From NCBI GenBank assembly GCA_965242605.1, contig CBDESS010000004.1:5835-69834 (forward strand): a stretch of DNA of 64,000 bases. The letters run 5' to 3'. Shown in pieces: positions 48,958 through 58,039 of the stretch. A model generated the notes under the pieces. It saw nothing but the letters and a program-made list of their open reading frames with translations. It was not told the origin of the DNA and did no database searches. Position 1 is the first letter of the stretch. Every line of letters begins with the position of its first letter. Made by a program: the position numbers and the translations under genes. The stretch comes from an uncultured Candidatus Binatia bacterium. GTDB taxonomy: Bacteria > Desulfobacterota > Binatia > Bin18.

Positions 48958-50706
48958 TCAGTCGAAGAGGGGCCGCTGCCGGCTTCGCTTCGCACCGCTC
49001 CGGTCTGCGGTCCGGTTCTCGGTCATGCCGGTTGTGCGGGCGGCGGCGCACACCTCTCCCCAGCCGATGAAATAGTCATCAAAGTAGTGGATCGGATAGC
49101 GGCTGAGGCGTTTGACCTCGGCCCGGGTTGGAAGCCGGCCCAAGTGCCGGGCAATGTTCCTGACCTCTAATTGCAAGACTTTCTTTGAGACCTGGTAATC
49201 AATAGCGCCGATCCGACGGACCCGGCTGTTCTTCGCCTGAAGGTTTCGGGTCGCCTTGGCAAAAGGGTCTTCCCCTTGTCGCAAGGTTTCGTGTCGGCTC
49301 AGGGCGAGTTGGTGATAATTCTCCGATACCTCAATGCCGATAAACTTCCGTCCCAACTGCTCAGCGCACAGCGAGGTCGTACCAGCCCCGTTAAACGGGT
49401 CCAGCACGCTTTCCCCCTCAAAGGTGAGCAGGGCTATGAGGCGGCGCATCAGAGCAGGTGGGAGCTGGCAGGGATGGTCAACCCGGCGGGCATTATGCTT
49501 AAGCCGGTGAATATCCCACCACAGGTCGCTTATGTTCTCCCGGTCGGCGAGGCGGAGCCGGCGGCGATCCTTCACACAGTTGGCGCGCAGGCAGTACCAT
49601 TCCTTAAGAGAGCTCAGCGCCGTCTGGGTCTTCTGCTCATTGTTTTGCAGTCCAGGCAGAGGTCGGGGCGGTCCCTTTGAGCAGCACAGGATGGCGTAGT
49701 GAGCCGGCATGATCTTACGCACCGGCAGGCTGAGCCCCTCCCAGGCGATCCAATTCTGAAAGGCGAGACGATTCTTGAGATACAGAAAATGCCGAACCGC
49801 CCACTGGGGGATATTCAGGATGGCACAAGTCCTTCCCGGCTTCAGCACCCGCGCCAATTCGGCCAGCCAGCGGTCGCACCAGGCAAAATACTCCCGCGCA
49901 TCGTCCCAGGTATCGTACCGCTTGGCGATATTGTAGGGAGGATCAGCAAAGCAGAAATCAATGCTGTTCGACGCTATGGACGCCAAGAGGTCTAGGCTGT
50001 CTCCGTTGATCAGGCTTGACGACTGGAGCGAGGGGCCGGCACCGTCGTCGCTGAGCAATTGAACGGCTGATCTTGTGGAGCGGAGGCTTTGGACCGCTGT
50101 GAGGTCAAGGACATGCAGGCTTGTGTAGGGGGCAAGCCCAAAGACATCGCTCAGTCGGCCTGCAATCTGGTCCGCCTCAGCGTCGGGAGCCCAGTCAATA
50201 TCCCGCCAGACATCCGACATGAGCGTCCCGTACTCGTGGTAGGTGTGCTTTTTCCCGCCATAGTCCTTTGTCGTCTTGTCACACGCCGGGTAGTAGGTGT
50301 AGGCGATGCGCGTCTTGGTGTGCCGCAGGGGTGTGGGGTACTTCGTCAGGACGAGCAGGGCTGCGTGATGCTCTGGGAGCCGGCCGGGGTTGGCGACAGG
50401 CTCTCCGAGCTTTATGGCGACCCATAACTGAAAATGCAGCACATCCGTCACCTGCATCAGAGTGGTGGCGGCATCCACTGGTGTCGTGAGGAGACACAGC
50501 ACGGAATCATCGGGCAGCAGGCCGGCAAACCTGTGGAGATGCTTGAACCAAGCCCTGTCAGTTTCGCTGTCGGCCAGCGAGCGTCCATACGGCAGGATGA
50601 ATAGCCATACAGCGGGGTGTCTGTCGGGGGCGGGGAGTTGGCCGAGGTCCTGCAAGGACAGCCTGACGACGCACAGCGGCCTCACTCCTTCGGACTGGTG
50701 GGCCAT
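48958..50706 (-). CDS. DNA N4/N6 methyltransferase (beta-class, N6_N4_Mtase) with a ~235-aa N-terminal domain of unknown function and a C-terminal DNA-binding-like tail
   Basis: Motif IV FADPPYNI, motif I LDPFNGAGTT. N-terminal 235 aa lack recognisable motifs. C-terminal GRLPTRAEV…YFIGWGEV module. GC ~58%, lower than the surroundings. Start MAHQSEG at 50706, 1 nt after the stop of the upstream gene. Confidence 0.8.
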   Translation of the reverse strand: MAHQSEGVRPLCVVRLSLQDLGQLPAPDRHPAVWLFILPYGRSLADSETDRAWFKHLHRFAGLLPDDSVLCLLTTPVDAATTLMQVTDVLHFQLWVAIKLGEPVANPGRLPEHHAALLVLTKYPTPLRHTKTRIAYTYYPACDKTTKDYGGKKHTYHEYGTLMSDVWRDIDWAPDAEADQIAGRLSDVFGLAPYTSLHVLDLTAVQSLRSTRSAVQLLSDDGAGPSLQSSSLINGDSLDLLASIASNSIDFCFADPPYNIAKRYDTWDDAREYFAWCDRWLAELARVLKPGRTCAILNIPQWAVRHFLYLKNRLAFQNWIAWEGLSLPVRKIMPAHYAILCCSKGPPRPLPGLQNNEQKTQTALSSLKEWYCLRANCVKDRRRLRLADRENISDLWWDIHRLKHNARRVDHPCQLPPALMRRLIALLTFEGESVLDPFNGAGTTSLCAEQLGRKFIGIEVSENYHQLALSRHETLRQGEDPFAKATRNLQAKNSRVRRIGAIDYQVSKKVLQLEVRNIARHLGRLPTRAEVKRLSRYPIHYFDDYFIGWGEVCAAARTTGMTENRTADRSGAKRSRQRPLFD

Positions 50707-50707
50707 G

Positions 50708-51559
50708 TCAGTGCCCCGCTCCAAACTCTCGCAGATATTCGGCCAGAGCGTCAAGTTCGGTGTCACGGAATGTCACCACGTTCTGGCTGATACCAGAAAT
50801 CCTTGTCCGGGAGAAATCCCACCCGTGAAGACAGCACTTGAGACATTCGCGCACATAAGACTGGGCCAATTGATCCATAGTGTTGGCAGTGGCCCCGCCG
50901 GTAATCTCGGTGTCTGCCTGGCGTATCCGCCGGGCCAATTGGCCCATAGTGTTGGCAGTGGCCCCGCCGGTAATCCTGCTCACATGAATATAGCGTTGCC
51001 GCACAAAGGTGTCTAACTCGCTCTTATTCCCAAGCATCGTACCAATGCAGCACCTCTGGAATACGTCGTCTGGTCTGTCGAGATTTGTCGCAGCACCCCC
51101 GTGCAGAAGGACCATAGCCACATCCTGCATTTCCCGTGTGAGTTGTTCAGCGTTTACGAGCCTCGTCCCATCAACTGCCAGATTACGATTTGTCCATTTC
51201 ATATCCGTACTGAGCGACTGGAACCGATAGGAACATCTGCTGCCGCGCCAGATGAAACTCATGACTCGCTCAGGAAAAAAATTCTCAATTTCCCTCCCTA
51301 TACACTGTAAGAGTTCGCCTCCAATGTCTGTGAGCACCATGAGATGCTTGAGAAAAAGATTCCCCGCCATCCCCGATGTAGCGTCTAGTACCGATATCCA
51401 CGAAGTAGGCGACGAATCGGCTACATACAGGATGCCTATGAATTTCTCCTGGCTGTCAATGAGGCGTGGTATGACGCTGCTCTGCTGAGACCGATCTGTA
51501 AGGCTGTCAGGCCAGAATTTGACGGCCCTTGCCTCAAGATCACCCAAAGAGCGCGACAT
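50708..51559 (-). CDS. Hypothetical 283-aa protein translationally coupled to the MTase (candidate restriction/effector component). Contains an in-frame 23-aa tandem duplication.
   Basis: Lower-GC ORF with plausible protein composition. Internal repeat ITGGATANTMGQLARRIRQADTE / ITGGATANTMDQLAQSYVRECLK. Confidence 0.5.
   Translation of the reverse strand: MSRSLGDLEARAVKFWPDSLTDRSQQSSVIPRLIDSQEKFIGILYVADSSPTSWISVLDATSGMAGNLFLKHLMVLTDIGGELLQCIGREIENFFPERVMSFIWRGSRCSYRFQSLSTDMKWTNRNLAVDGTRLVNAEQLTREMQDVAMVLLHGGAATNLDRPDDVFQRCCIGTMLGNKSELDTFVRQRYIHVSRITGGATANTMGQLARRIRQADTEITGGATANTMDQLAQSYVRECLKCCLHGWDFSRTRISGISQNVVTFRDTELDALAEYLREFGAGH
50862..50976. repeat. 46-bp near-perfect direct repeat x2 with a 23-bp spacer (69-bp period, in-frame) inside the 283-aa gene
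   Basis: gggccaattgatccatagtgttggcagtggccccgccggtaatctc … gggccaattggcccatagtgttggcagtggccccgccggtaatcct. Confidence 0.8.
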
Positions 51560-51610
51560 GGATATTCAGCCTGGCAAAACCCCACGCTCCTGTGGAGCGT
51601 GGTCATGTGC

Positions 51611-52393
51611 CTATCTGCGATCGATAAACACCCGCTCTTTGGCGACCCACATGGCCGAGCGCGGAAAGTCGATGAAGTGGGACTCGTCCTCAACCGCAAC
51701 TTGCATGGCCTGCCGACCCTCCGGCGTGGTCCCGACCGCGGTCAGGTCAACCCGGTCAAACCAGGCCTCGGCATGGCCGGTGTAGGGCGCAACCGTCGTC
51801 CCCCGGCTGACCCGGAGTTGATCTTCAATCTCATCCTCGAAGCGGTGGACTTGCAGGTAGCGTTTCATCCGCATCCCCGATGCCACGCCCCGAATCAGCG
51901 GACCGTGGTTGGTGCGCCAGTAGAGCTGGGCTTCGTCAAGACTGAGGGTGTCCTGGTGACGCAGACAGAAGAACAGCTTTAGCAAACCGCTGTTTTCCCG
52001 CGCGACTACCTCTTCTGGAATCGGGTTGACCTGGGGATATTCATAGGCCAGCCACAGCGGGGATTGGGCCAAGTCGATGAACCGCGCCTCGTCCTTGACC
52101 AACTCCTGAGCCGCGGCGCGGCCCGCCTCGGTCCTGGAGGCGTTGACCAGGGTCTCACGGTTAGTCCACCACACTTCCGCCACTCCGTCATAGACCGGCT
52201 CCATACCGCCCCGCGCTTCTGCCAGCTGGTCGTTTATCGGATCGTTGAGCGTGTGGACCTGTACATAGCGGTGTATGGCCAAGTCGGTGGCGCGCCTGGC
52301 TACCAAGGGACCATGCACCTCACGCCAGTAGCGTTGAAATTCGGCGCGCGACATGTTGGGTTTGCGATGGAGGACAAACGTTAAACGAATCAT
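51611..52393 (-). CDS. Tandem EthD-domain protein
   Basis: MIRLTFVLHRKPNMSRAEFQRYWREVHGPL and a second repeat LLKLFFCLRHQDTLSLDEAQLYWRTNHGPL. GGAGG RBS. Confidence 0.7.
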   Translation of the reverse strand: MIRLTFVLHRKPNMSRAEFQRYWREVHGPLVARRATDLAIHRYVQVHTLNDPINDQLAEARGGMEPVYDGVAEVWWTNRETLVNASRTEAGRAAAQELVKDEARFIDLAQSPLWLAYEYPQVNPIPEEVVARENSGLLKLFFCLRHQDTLSLDEAQLYWRTNHGPLIRGVASGMRMKRYLQVHRFEDEIEDQLRVSRGTTVAPYTGHAEAWFDRVDLTAVGTTPEGRQAMQVAVEDESHFIDFPRSAMWVAKERVFIDRR

Positions 52394-52550
52394 GCTAAGC
52401 CTCCTTCTCCTGGGCGATCTTGCTGGGCACAATCAGGTCGATGCCGTATGGCTTGCCATCAAGTGTGATTGTCAATCCGGCGCAACGCTTCTTCCACACG
52501 GTCGAGCCACCGCGCCAAAGACCCCCATGCCGCGGATGTCTCTCCGTATC

Positions 52551-53402
52551 TTAGACAAACCTGCGCGACCTGCGGGGCCGACGGCCGAGCGCAAATTCCG
52601 GCGGTCGCAGACCAATCTCTTGGTCGGCCGCAACCGGTGGTGTGAAGTAGCCCAGGGCATAATTCATCATCGTATAGCCGAGCAGCTCTTGGAGTTCCGG
52701 GGAGAAATCTTTGGCCAGTTCCGGCGGACAAGACAGGTACTGGTTTTCTTCTTGCCGCAGCCAGCCCAGAGAATAGGTGATGTTCAGCCCCACCCGGTCG
52801 GCGGGGCTGGTATTTGCGCCGCCAGCGTGAATGACCGTCCCGGAATACACCAGGACTGAGCCTGGTGACATTTCGGCATAGGTAATTTCAGCGGGGGTCG
52901 CCTCGCGCTCCTTGGGCCAGCCGGCGCTGCCCGGCACAAGCTGGGTCGCTCCGTTCTCTCGGGTGAACTCGGTCAGCGCCCACAGGGTGTTGAGCTGTGG
53001 CTCAAGGCCCTGCAAATACTCGCCCCACACCAGCCGGTCGCGGTGTAACAACTGTTTGGGCTGGCCCGGCATGAGGCGGATGACCTGGGCCAGATGGAGC
53101 TGATAGCGATTGCAGTTGGGCAACAGAAACTCATCACACACGCCCAGAATCGTGTCCTGGGTGACGAGCGCACGACACGCCGCGGAGCGGGCAATCAGCG
53201 CCCCGGTCCGCGTGGTCTGGTGGCCGGAGAATTCGTCCCGACCAACCGGAGTGCCCGCGATAAAGGGCATCAGTTCATCAAGTGTGGCTTGGGCCTGCTG
53301 GCGACCGATCGCACTTTCAACGATCACCGCGCCGTCACGGACTAGCGACGCAGTGATATCCTGGGGGGAAGCCGCGGCGGGTAAGCGAGTCAGGGCTTGC
53401 AT
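52551..53402 (-). CDS. Phytanoyl-CoA dioxygenase (PhyH) family Fe(II)/2OG oxygenase
   Basis: ~284 aa. PhyH-family HxD…H pattern. Alternative upstream start at 53450. Confidence 0.7.
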   Translation of the reverse strand: MQALTRLPAAASPQDITASLVRDGAVIVESAIGRQQAQATLDELMPFIAGTPVGRDEFSGHQTTRTGALIARSAACRALVTQDTILGVCDEFLLPNCNRYQLHLAQVIRLMPGQPKQLLHRDRLVWGEYLQGLEPQLNTLWALTEFTRENGATQLVPGSAGWPKEREATPAEITYAEMSPGSVLVYSGTVIHAGGANTSPADRVGLNITYSLGWLRQEENQYLSCPPELAKDFSPELQELLGYTMMNYALGYFTPPVAADQEIGLRPPEFALGRRPRRSRRFV

Positions 53403-53831
53403 GGCAATGTTCTCCTCTTCTGCGATCCTTCCACTTTGTGCCGTTTGCAACTCCGAGGTTCCTCGCGGCGTCTGGAGTCAAGATATAGGCCGGTGCCAGC
53501 ACCAAAAGGGCGAGGGTGACGACGTTGCCCATTTTGCCGAGCAGGGCTGGGGGACAGGTCAAGGTAGTACATATCAGACTTGAGTTCGTCGCGTTTGTCG
53601 TCTACAAGGATAGCAAAGTTCGCTAGGTGCAGACATACAGTCCACACGCAGAGGAGGCAATAGGCTGCGACTCGGACTCGTCAGCGGCTACTCAGGCCCA
53701 AAGATGTACGAAACCCTGGGAGGTTATCCTCAGGGGCCGAACGGCTGGGCTTTGACTCGGGCTGGACTGGCGAGGTGTGGAGGAAAGCCGCATGAAGCAT
53801 CCACGGGTCAACCATCCCCCGCTGCCCACCT

Positions 53832-56004
53832 ATGTCGGAGGACGGCGTGAAACTGAAACGCGAAGGCGGAAAGATATGGAGCCGCGTTCGCCGAAAATGG
53901 CTTGTCGAAACGCCGGAAGAGTCTGTCCGTCAGCAATACCTCCTCGTCCTGCTCTACGAATACGGCTACGGTCTGGAGCAGATTGCCGAAGAAGGAGCAG
54001 CTTGCGGACAATCCGCTTGAAGACTTATTTCGAAGGACAAAGGAGCACTACCGGGAAGATCGTATCTTCGCTGAAAACGAATGTCTGAACCTGAAGCCCA
54101 CGACCGGCATTGAGATCGTGCGACTTCTCGAACGCTATAACCTCTCCGACACGAGCGAGGACATCAAGGGTATTGCCTTCGAGCGCTTCCTGGGCAGGAC
54201 CTTCCGGGGTGAGATTGGTCAGTTCTTTACGCCACGTCCGATTGTCGAGTTCATGGTTCGTATGCTGGCCCCGAAGGAAGGCGAGGTCATTTGCGACCCG
54301 GCCAGCGGCTCCGGCGGCTTCTTGATCCGCTTTTTTGAGATCGTCCGGGAGCGAATTCTTGCTGACGTGGACCGGCAATACCAGGAGTTCCGCAGCGAAG
54401 TCAAAAGCAATAAGCAGCAGACTCAGGAGGAAAAAGCCGAAGCGCTCCGCACCAAGTACGCCGAATTGCAAAAGACTCTCGATAACGGCACCTGTGGCTC
54501 CCGGCTCTGGAACTTGGCGAACCGCTGCATCTATGGCACGGACGCGAACGACCGCATGGCCCGCACCAGCAAGATGAACATGATTATGCACGGCGATGGC
54601 CATGGCGGTGTGCATCACCATGACGGCTTTCTGAACGTAAACGGCATCTTTGAAGGCCGTTTCGACATCATCCTGACCAACCCGCCCTTTGGTTCGAGCG
54701 TTGAACCTTCGGACACGGTTCTTGAAGAACAAGTCACACTCCCCGACGAACTCGAACACCACTATGCCAACATCTACGGCGACCATTACCGCGCCGCGCT
54801 CAGCCGTCTCCGTGCCGCCACGGGTAAGCCTATCGCCAGCCTGTTCGCGTTGCCGACTATAAAGAGAAATCGCAGGGGCGGCAAGGTCAAGACCGGGCTT
54901 CTTTTTCAGGAAACCCGAGAGAAATACGCCCCTGAGATTGCCGAGCGAACCGGAACATTCGAAGCGTCCATTGCCGAGGCCAAGAAAGATAAGGCTACTG
55001 ACCGACGCAAGGCTCTGCAAGCCGCACTCAAGCAATATCAACGCGAGACTGAAGCGAAAATCCGAGCCGAAACCCGCGCCCTGCTCAAGTCCCGCTTCCC
55101 CTATCCTGTCTTTCTCTACGAAGCCAAGCATGTCGGCATCACCGCCACCGGTGAAACTGACCGCGTACCGAATGAGCTTGTGCCCGGTGATTCCACGCCA
55201 GCGGGAATAGAAAAGACTACTCTCGAATTCTACCAAGAGTTTAGGACAAGCCCGGAAGCCTTGTCATTGTGGCGGTCGCGAGTAATAGGCGTTAGCCCTT
55301 TCCCTGCCTGCTTTCGCATATCATTCTCCGACACGCATCGCTGGGACCCCGGCAGTTTTTGCCTTTTGGACTGGCACTGGGAGCCGAGCGTACTAAATCC
55401 AATTGGCAGTGTTTTGAAGCCGCGTAGAGAAAAAGTTGACAGAAACCGCCATAGTTTTACGAGTCTGCAACCCATTACGATCCATTTCGACGGTTCACTA
55501 GACAAGCGAAGTGTCAAGCCTGATAAAGAATACTCAATGGATCTCTTTTTTGCTCGTTCCGGTGATTTGGTCGTTGCGAAGATAGACCTCAAGAATGGAG
55601 CGGTTGGCGTCGTTCCAGAAGGCTGGGAGAACGTAGCTGTTACCGGACATTTTGCTGTTTATGAAGTTGATTCAGAGAAAGTCCTTGTTCAGTGGTTACA
55701 TCGTATTATTCAGCAACCAGATTTTAAGGAGTATCTGTGGCGCAATAAAGTTGGTGCCGAAGGTCGGAAAGAGGTCAAGTTGGATTTCTTCGAGTCAATT
55801 CCAATTCCGCTTCCGGACATCGCCACACAAGAGGCTATCCTAATGGAGCGTGACCTAATCCGATCGGAAATTGATCGCTTGACTCAACTTCTAACAGAAT
55901 CCGAATTCCATCTGACTGAGATGGTTCATGGACGCATTCCTCCTCGTCGAAAACAGAATATTTTGCGGCCGATAAAGAACGCTATCCGCGAGGAAGAACC
56001 TTGA
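53832..56004 (+). pseudogene. Single-chain N6-adenine DNA methyltransferase (gamma-class, HsdM-like) fused to a C-terminal HsdS-type TRD. The N-terminal HSDR_N-like segment lies in a different frame (frameshift near 53993-54005).
   Basis: Motif X FTPRPIVEFMVRML, motif I GEVICDPASGSGGFL, motif IV ILTNPPFG. C-terminal TRD plus the conserved HsdS helix IPIPLPDIATQEAILMERDLIRSEIDRLTQLL. Upstream ORF 53832..54020 encodes PEESVRQQYLLVLLYEYGYGLEQIAEE (HSDR_N_2-like) and joins the main frame only via a 1-nt shift in gccgaagaaggagcag. Confidence 0.65.
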
Positions 56005-56041
56005 TTGGTCCAATATTCTTCGGCCGCCGAGCCACGGGCTG

Positions 56042-56068
56042 AAAAAAGGGCGGCCTGACAGGCCGCCC
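56042..56068 (-). terminator. Rho-independent terminator for the minus-strand hydrolase gene
   Basis: gggcggcct-gac-aggccgccc 9-bp stem. On the minus strand it is followed by TTTTTT (plus-strand aaaaaa at 56042-56047). Confidence 0.55.
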
Positions 56069-56080
56069 CATCTGAGACCA

Positions 56081-56965
56081 CTAGGCGGTGTGGGTCTTGA
56101 AGAAGGTACCGATCTGGTCAATCGCCCGCTGCCCTTCGGGCAGAATCGGGGCGAACATATGCCAGACATGGGGCATTTCGTCCCATACCTTGAGGGTCAC
56201 GTCCACATCGGACTTACGCGCCCGCTCGGCAAACCGGGTAGAATCGTCCAGCAGGGTCTCGGCGTCGCCGACCTGGAGCAGCAGCGGCGGCAGGCCGGCC
56301 AGATTGGCGTGCAGCGGCGCGGCCAGCGGGTCCTTAGGGTCAGCCCCGCCCAGATACAGCTTGGCCATGCCCAGCAGCCCTTCTTTCTGGACAACCGGGT
56401 CTGCCGCGGCCCGGGTGGTCATCGACTCGCCGGTCCCCTCCATATCGACCCACGGGGAAATCCCAACGCCGGCCGCGGGCAGAGGCTTCCCCGCATCCCG
56501 AATGGCTAACAGGCTGGCCAAGGCCAGCCCGCCACCGGCCGAATCGCCGGCAATCGCAATGTTTGCAGGGCTGATGCTTTGGTCAAGCAACCAGCCATAG
56601 GCTGCCACGGCATCATTAACCGGGGCCGGAAACGGATGCTCGGGAGCCAGGCGATAGTTGAGCGACAGCACCCGCGCACCGGCTGCCTTTGACAAACGCC
56701 CGGTCATATCGCGGTGGGAGCCGGCCGAGCCCATGACATAGCCGCCGCCGTGGACGTACAGAATGACCTTGTTCCCGTCCACGCCCTCGGCGACATGCCA
56801 TTCGGCCGACACCCCGCCGGCCTCAACCGGGCTGCACGACACGCCGCTGGGAATCGGCGTGTCGATCATAATCGCCCGCATGGCGTTGATATCCTTTGCC
56901 GCGCCCATCTTCTCGCCCATCTCTTTGAACATGCCTAGGACCTGTTGCAGTTGTACGCTGGCCAT
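56081..56965 (-). CDS. Alpha/beta hydrolase (HSL-type esterase/lipase)
   Basis: HGGGY oxyanion motif, GDSAGG nucleophile elbow. Start MASVQLQQV at 56965 with AGGAGG RBS. Confidence 0.8.
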   Translation of the reverse strand: MASVQLQQVLGMFKEMGEKMGAAKDINAMRAIMIDTPIPSGVSCSPVEAGGVSAEWHVAEGVDGNKVILYVHGGGYVMGSAGSHRDMTGRLSKAAGARVLSLNYRLAPEHPFPAPVNDAVAAYGWLLDQSISPANIAIAGDSAGGGLALASLLAIRDAGKPLPAAGVGISPWVDMEGTGESMTTRAAADPVVQKEGLLGMAKLYLGGADPKDPLAAPLHANLAGLPPLLLQVGDAETLLDDSTRFAERARKSDVDVTLKVWDEMPHVWHMFAPILPEGQRAIDQIGTFFKTHTA

Positions 56966-57141
56966 ACCGAGCCTCCTTTGTGGTATTGAACTGTACTGTG
57001 TCTCTCCCGTATTACTCAGATGCACCCTTGTCAACTCAAGACACCGGATTTTAAGCCGGCATCGCACCGCCCGGGCCGCGAGCTGACGTGCTGGAACGGC
57101 CTGGGGCCAGATGCGCTGAGGCCGAGCGGTCCTGCGGTCTC

Positions 57142-57915
57142 TCAGGCCAGGGGCTCGGGCGCGTGTGGAATCTCCTTCCACTGGTCGGGGTCGTGGCCAT
57201 AGATAATGGTTGCCCCCTCTCTGTCCCGCAGCGCGCGCAGCCGGCTGAGAGACTGGTACATCTCTGACTCATCCACCGCTACCGACGGCAAGAGGTCGTA
57301 ATCCATATTGCCCCGGGCATAGCACGCATCCCCGGTCAGCACGAGTTCTGTGCCCTTGCTGACCTTGACCCGCAGCGACTGATGGCCGGGGGTGTGGCCG
57401 TGGGTGGGAATGATCACCAGGCTGCCATCGCCAAAAATATCGTGTTCGCCGTCCACCGCCTGGTAGTTGAGCGGATGGTCATAGTCCTGGGGGTCAAACA
57501 GAGCTTTGGCCCGCAGCTCGGGGTCCTTGGCAGCGTCGAGTTCCTTTTTCTGGACCAGGAAGGTCGAAGTGGGAAAAAACTCGTTGCCGCCGGCGTGGTC
57601 AAAATGAAAGTGGGAGTTGACGACATGGCTGATATCGTCCGGGGTAAGTTTGAACTTGGATAGTTGGGTGACAATCTCCTGGCCCGGTTTGGTCCGCGAC
57701 ACGATCAGCTTGGACACCTCCGGGCCGAGCCGGCCAACCGGGTCGTCCATCACCGTGCAGTGGACGCCGGTGTCAAACAGGACATTGCCCTGGGGATGGG
57801 TGAGCAGATAACACGGCACCGGCACGACGAGCAGAACGCCGGTTTCCTGGTCGGGGAAGAACAGCTTGCTGTCGAGTTCAAGAAATCCGCACGGTATGGA
57901 AAAGACTTGCAGCAT
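57142..57915 (-). CDS. MBL-fold metallo-hydrolase, N-acyl-homoserine-lactonase (AiiA)-like
   Basis: HFHFDHAGG (HxHxDH) zinc-binding motif. Start MLQVFSIPCG at 57915 with GGAGGG RBS. Confidence 0.75.
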   Translation of the reverse strand: MLQVFSIPCGFLELDSKLFFPDQETGVLLVVPVPCYLLTHPQGNVLFDTGVHCTVMDDPVGRLGPEVSKLIVSRTKPGQEIVTQLSKFKLTPDDISHVVNSHFHFDHAGGNEFFPTSTFLVQKKELDAAKDPELRAKALFDPQDYDHPLNYQAVDGEHDIFGDGSLVIIPTHGHTPGHQSLRVKVSKGTELVLTGDACYARGNMDYDLLPSVAVDESEMYQSLSRLRALRDREGATIIYGHDPDQWKEIPHAPEPLA

Positions 57916-58039
57916 CAGGATACCCTCCTTGCCCTCCATCACGGCACGAATCGCCGGCAAGGTCCAGGCACGCCAGCCCGTATTGAACTCGCGGGGCATC
58001 TGGCATAGGATAGCTGCTCTTCAGACCTGGAGGTGACAG

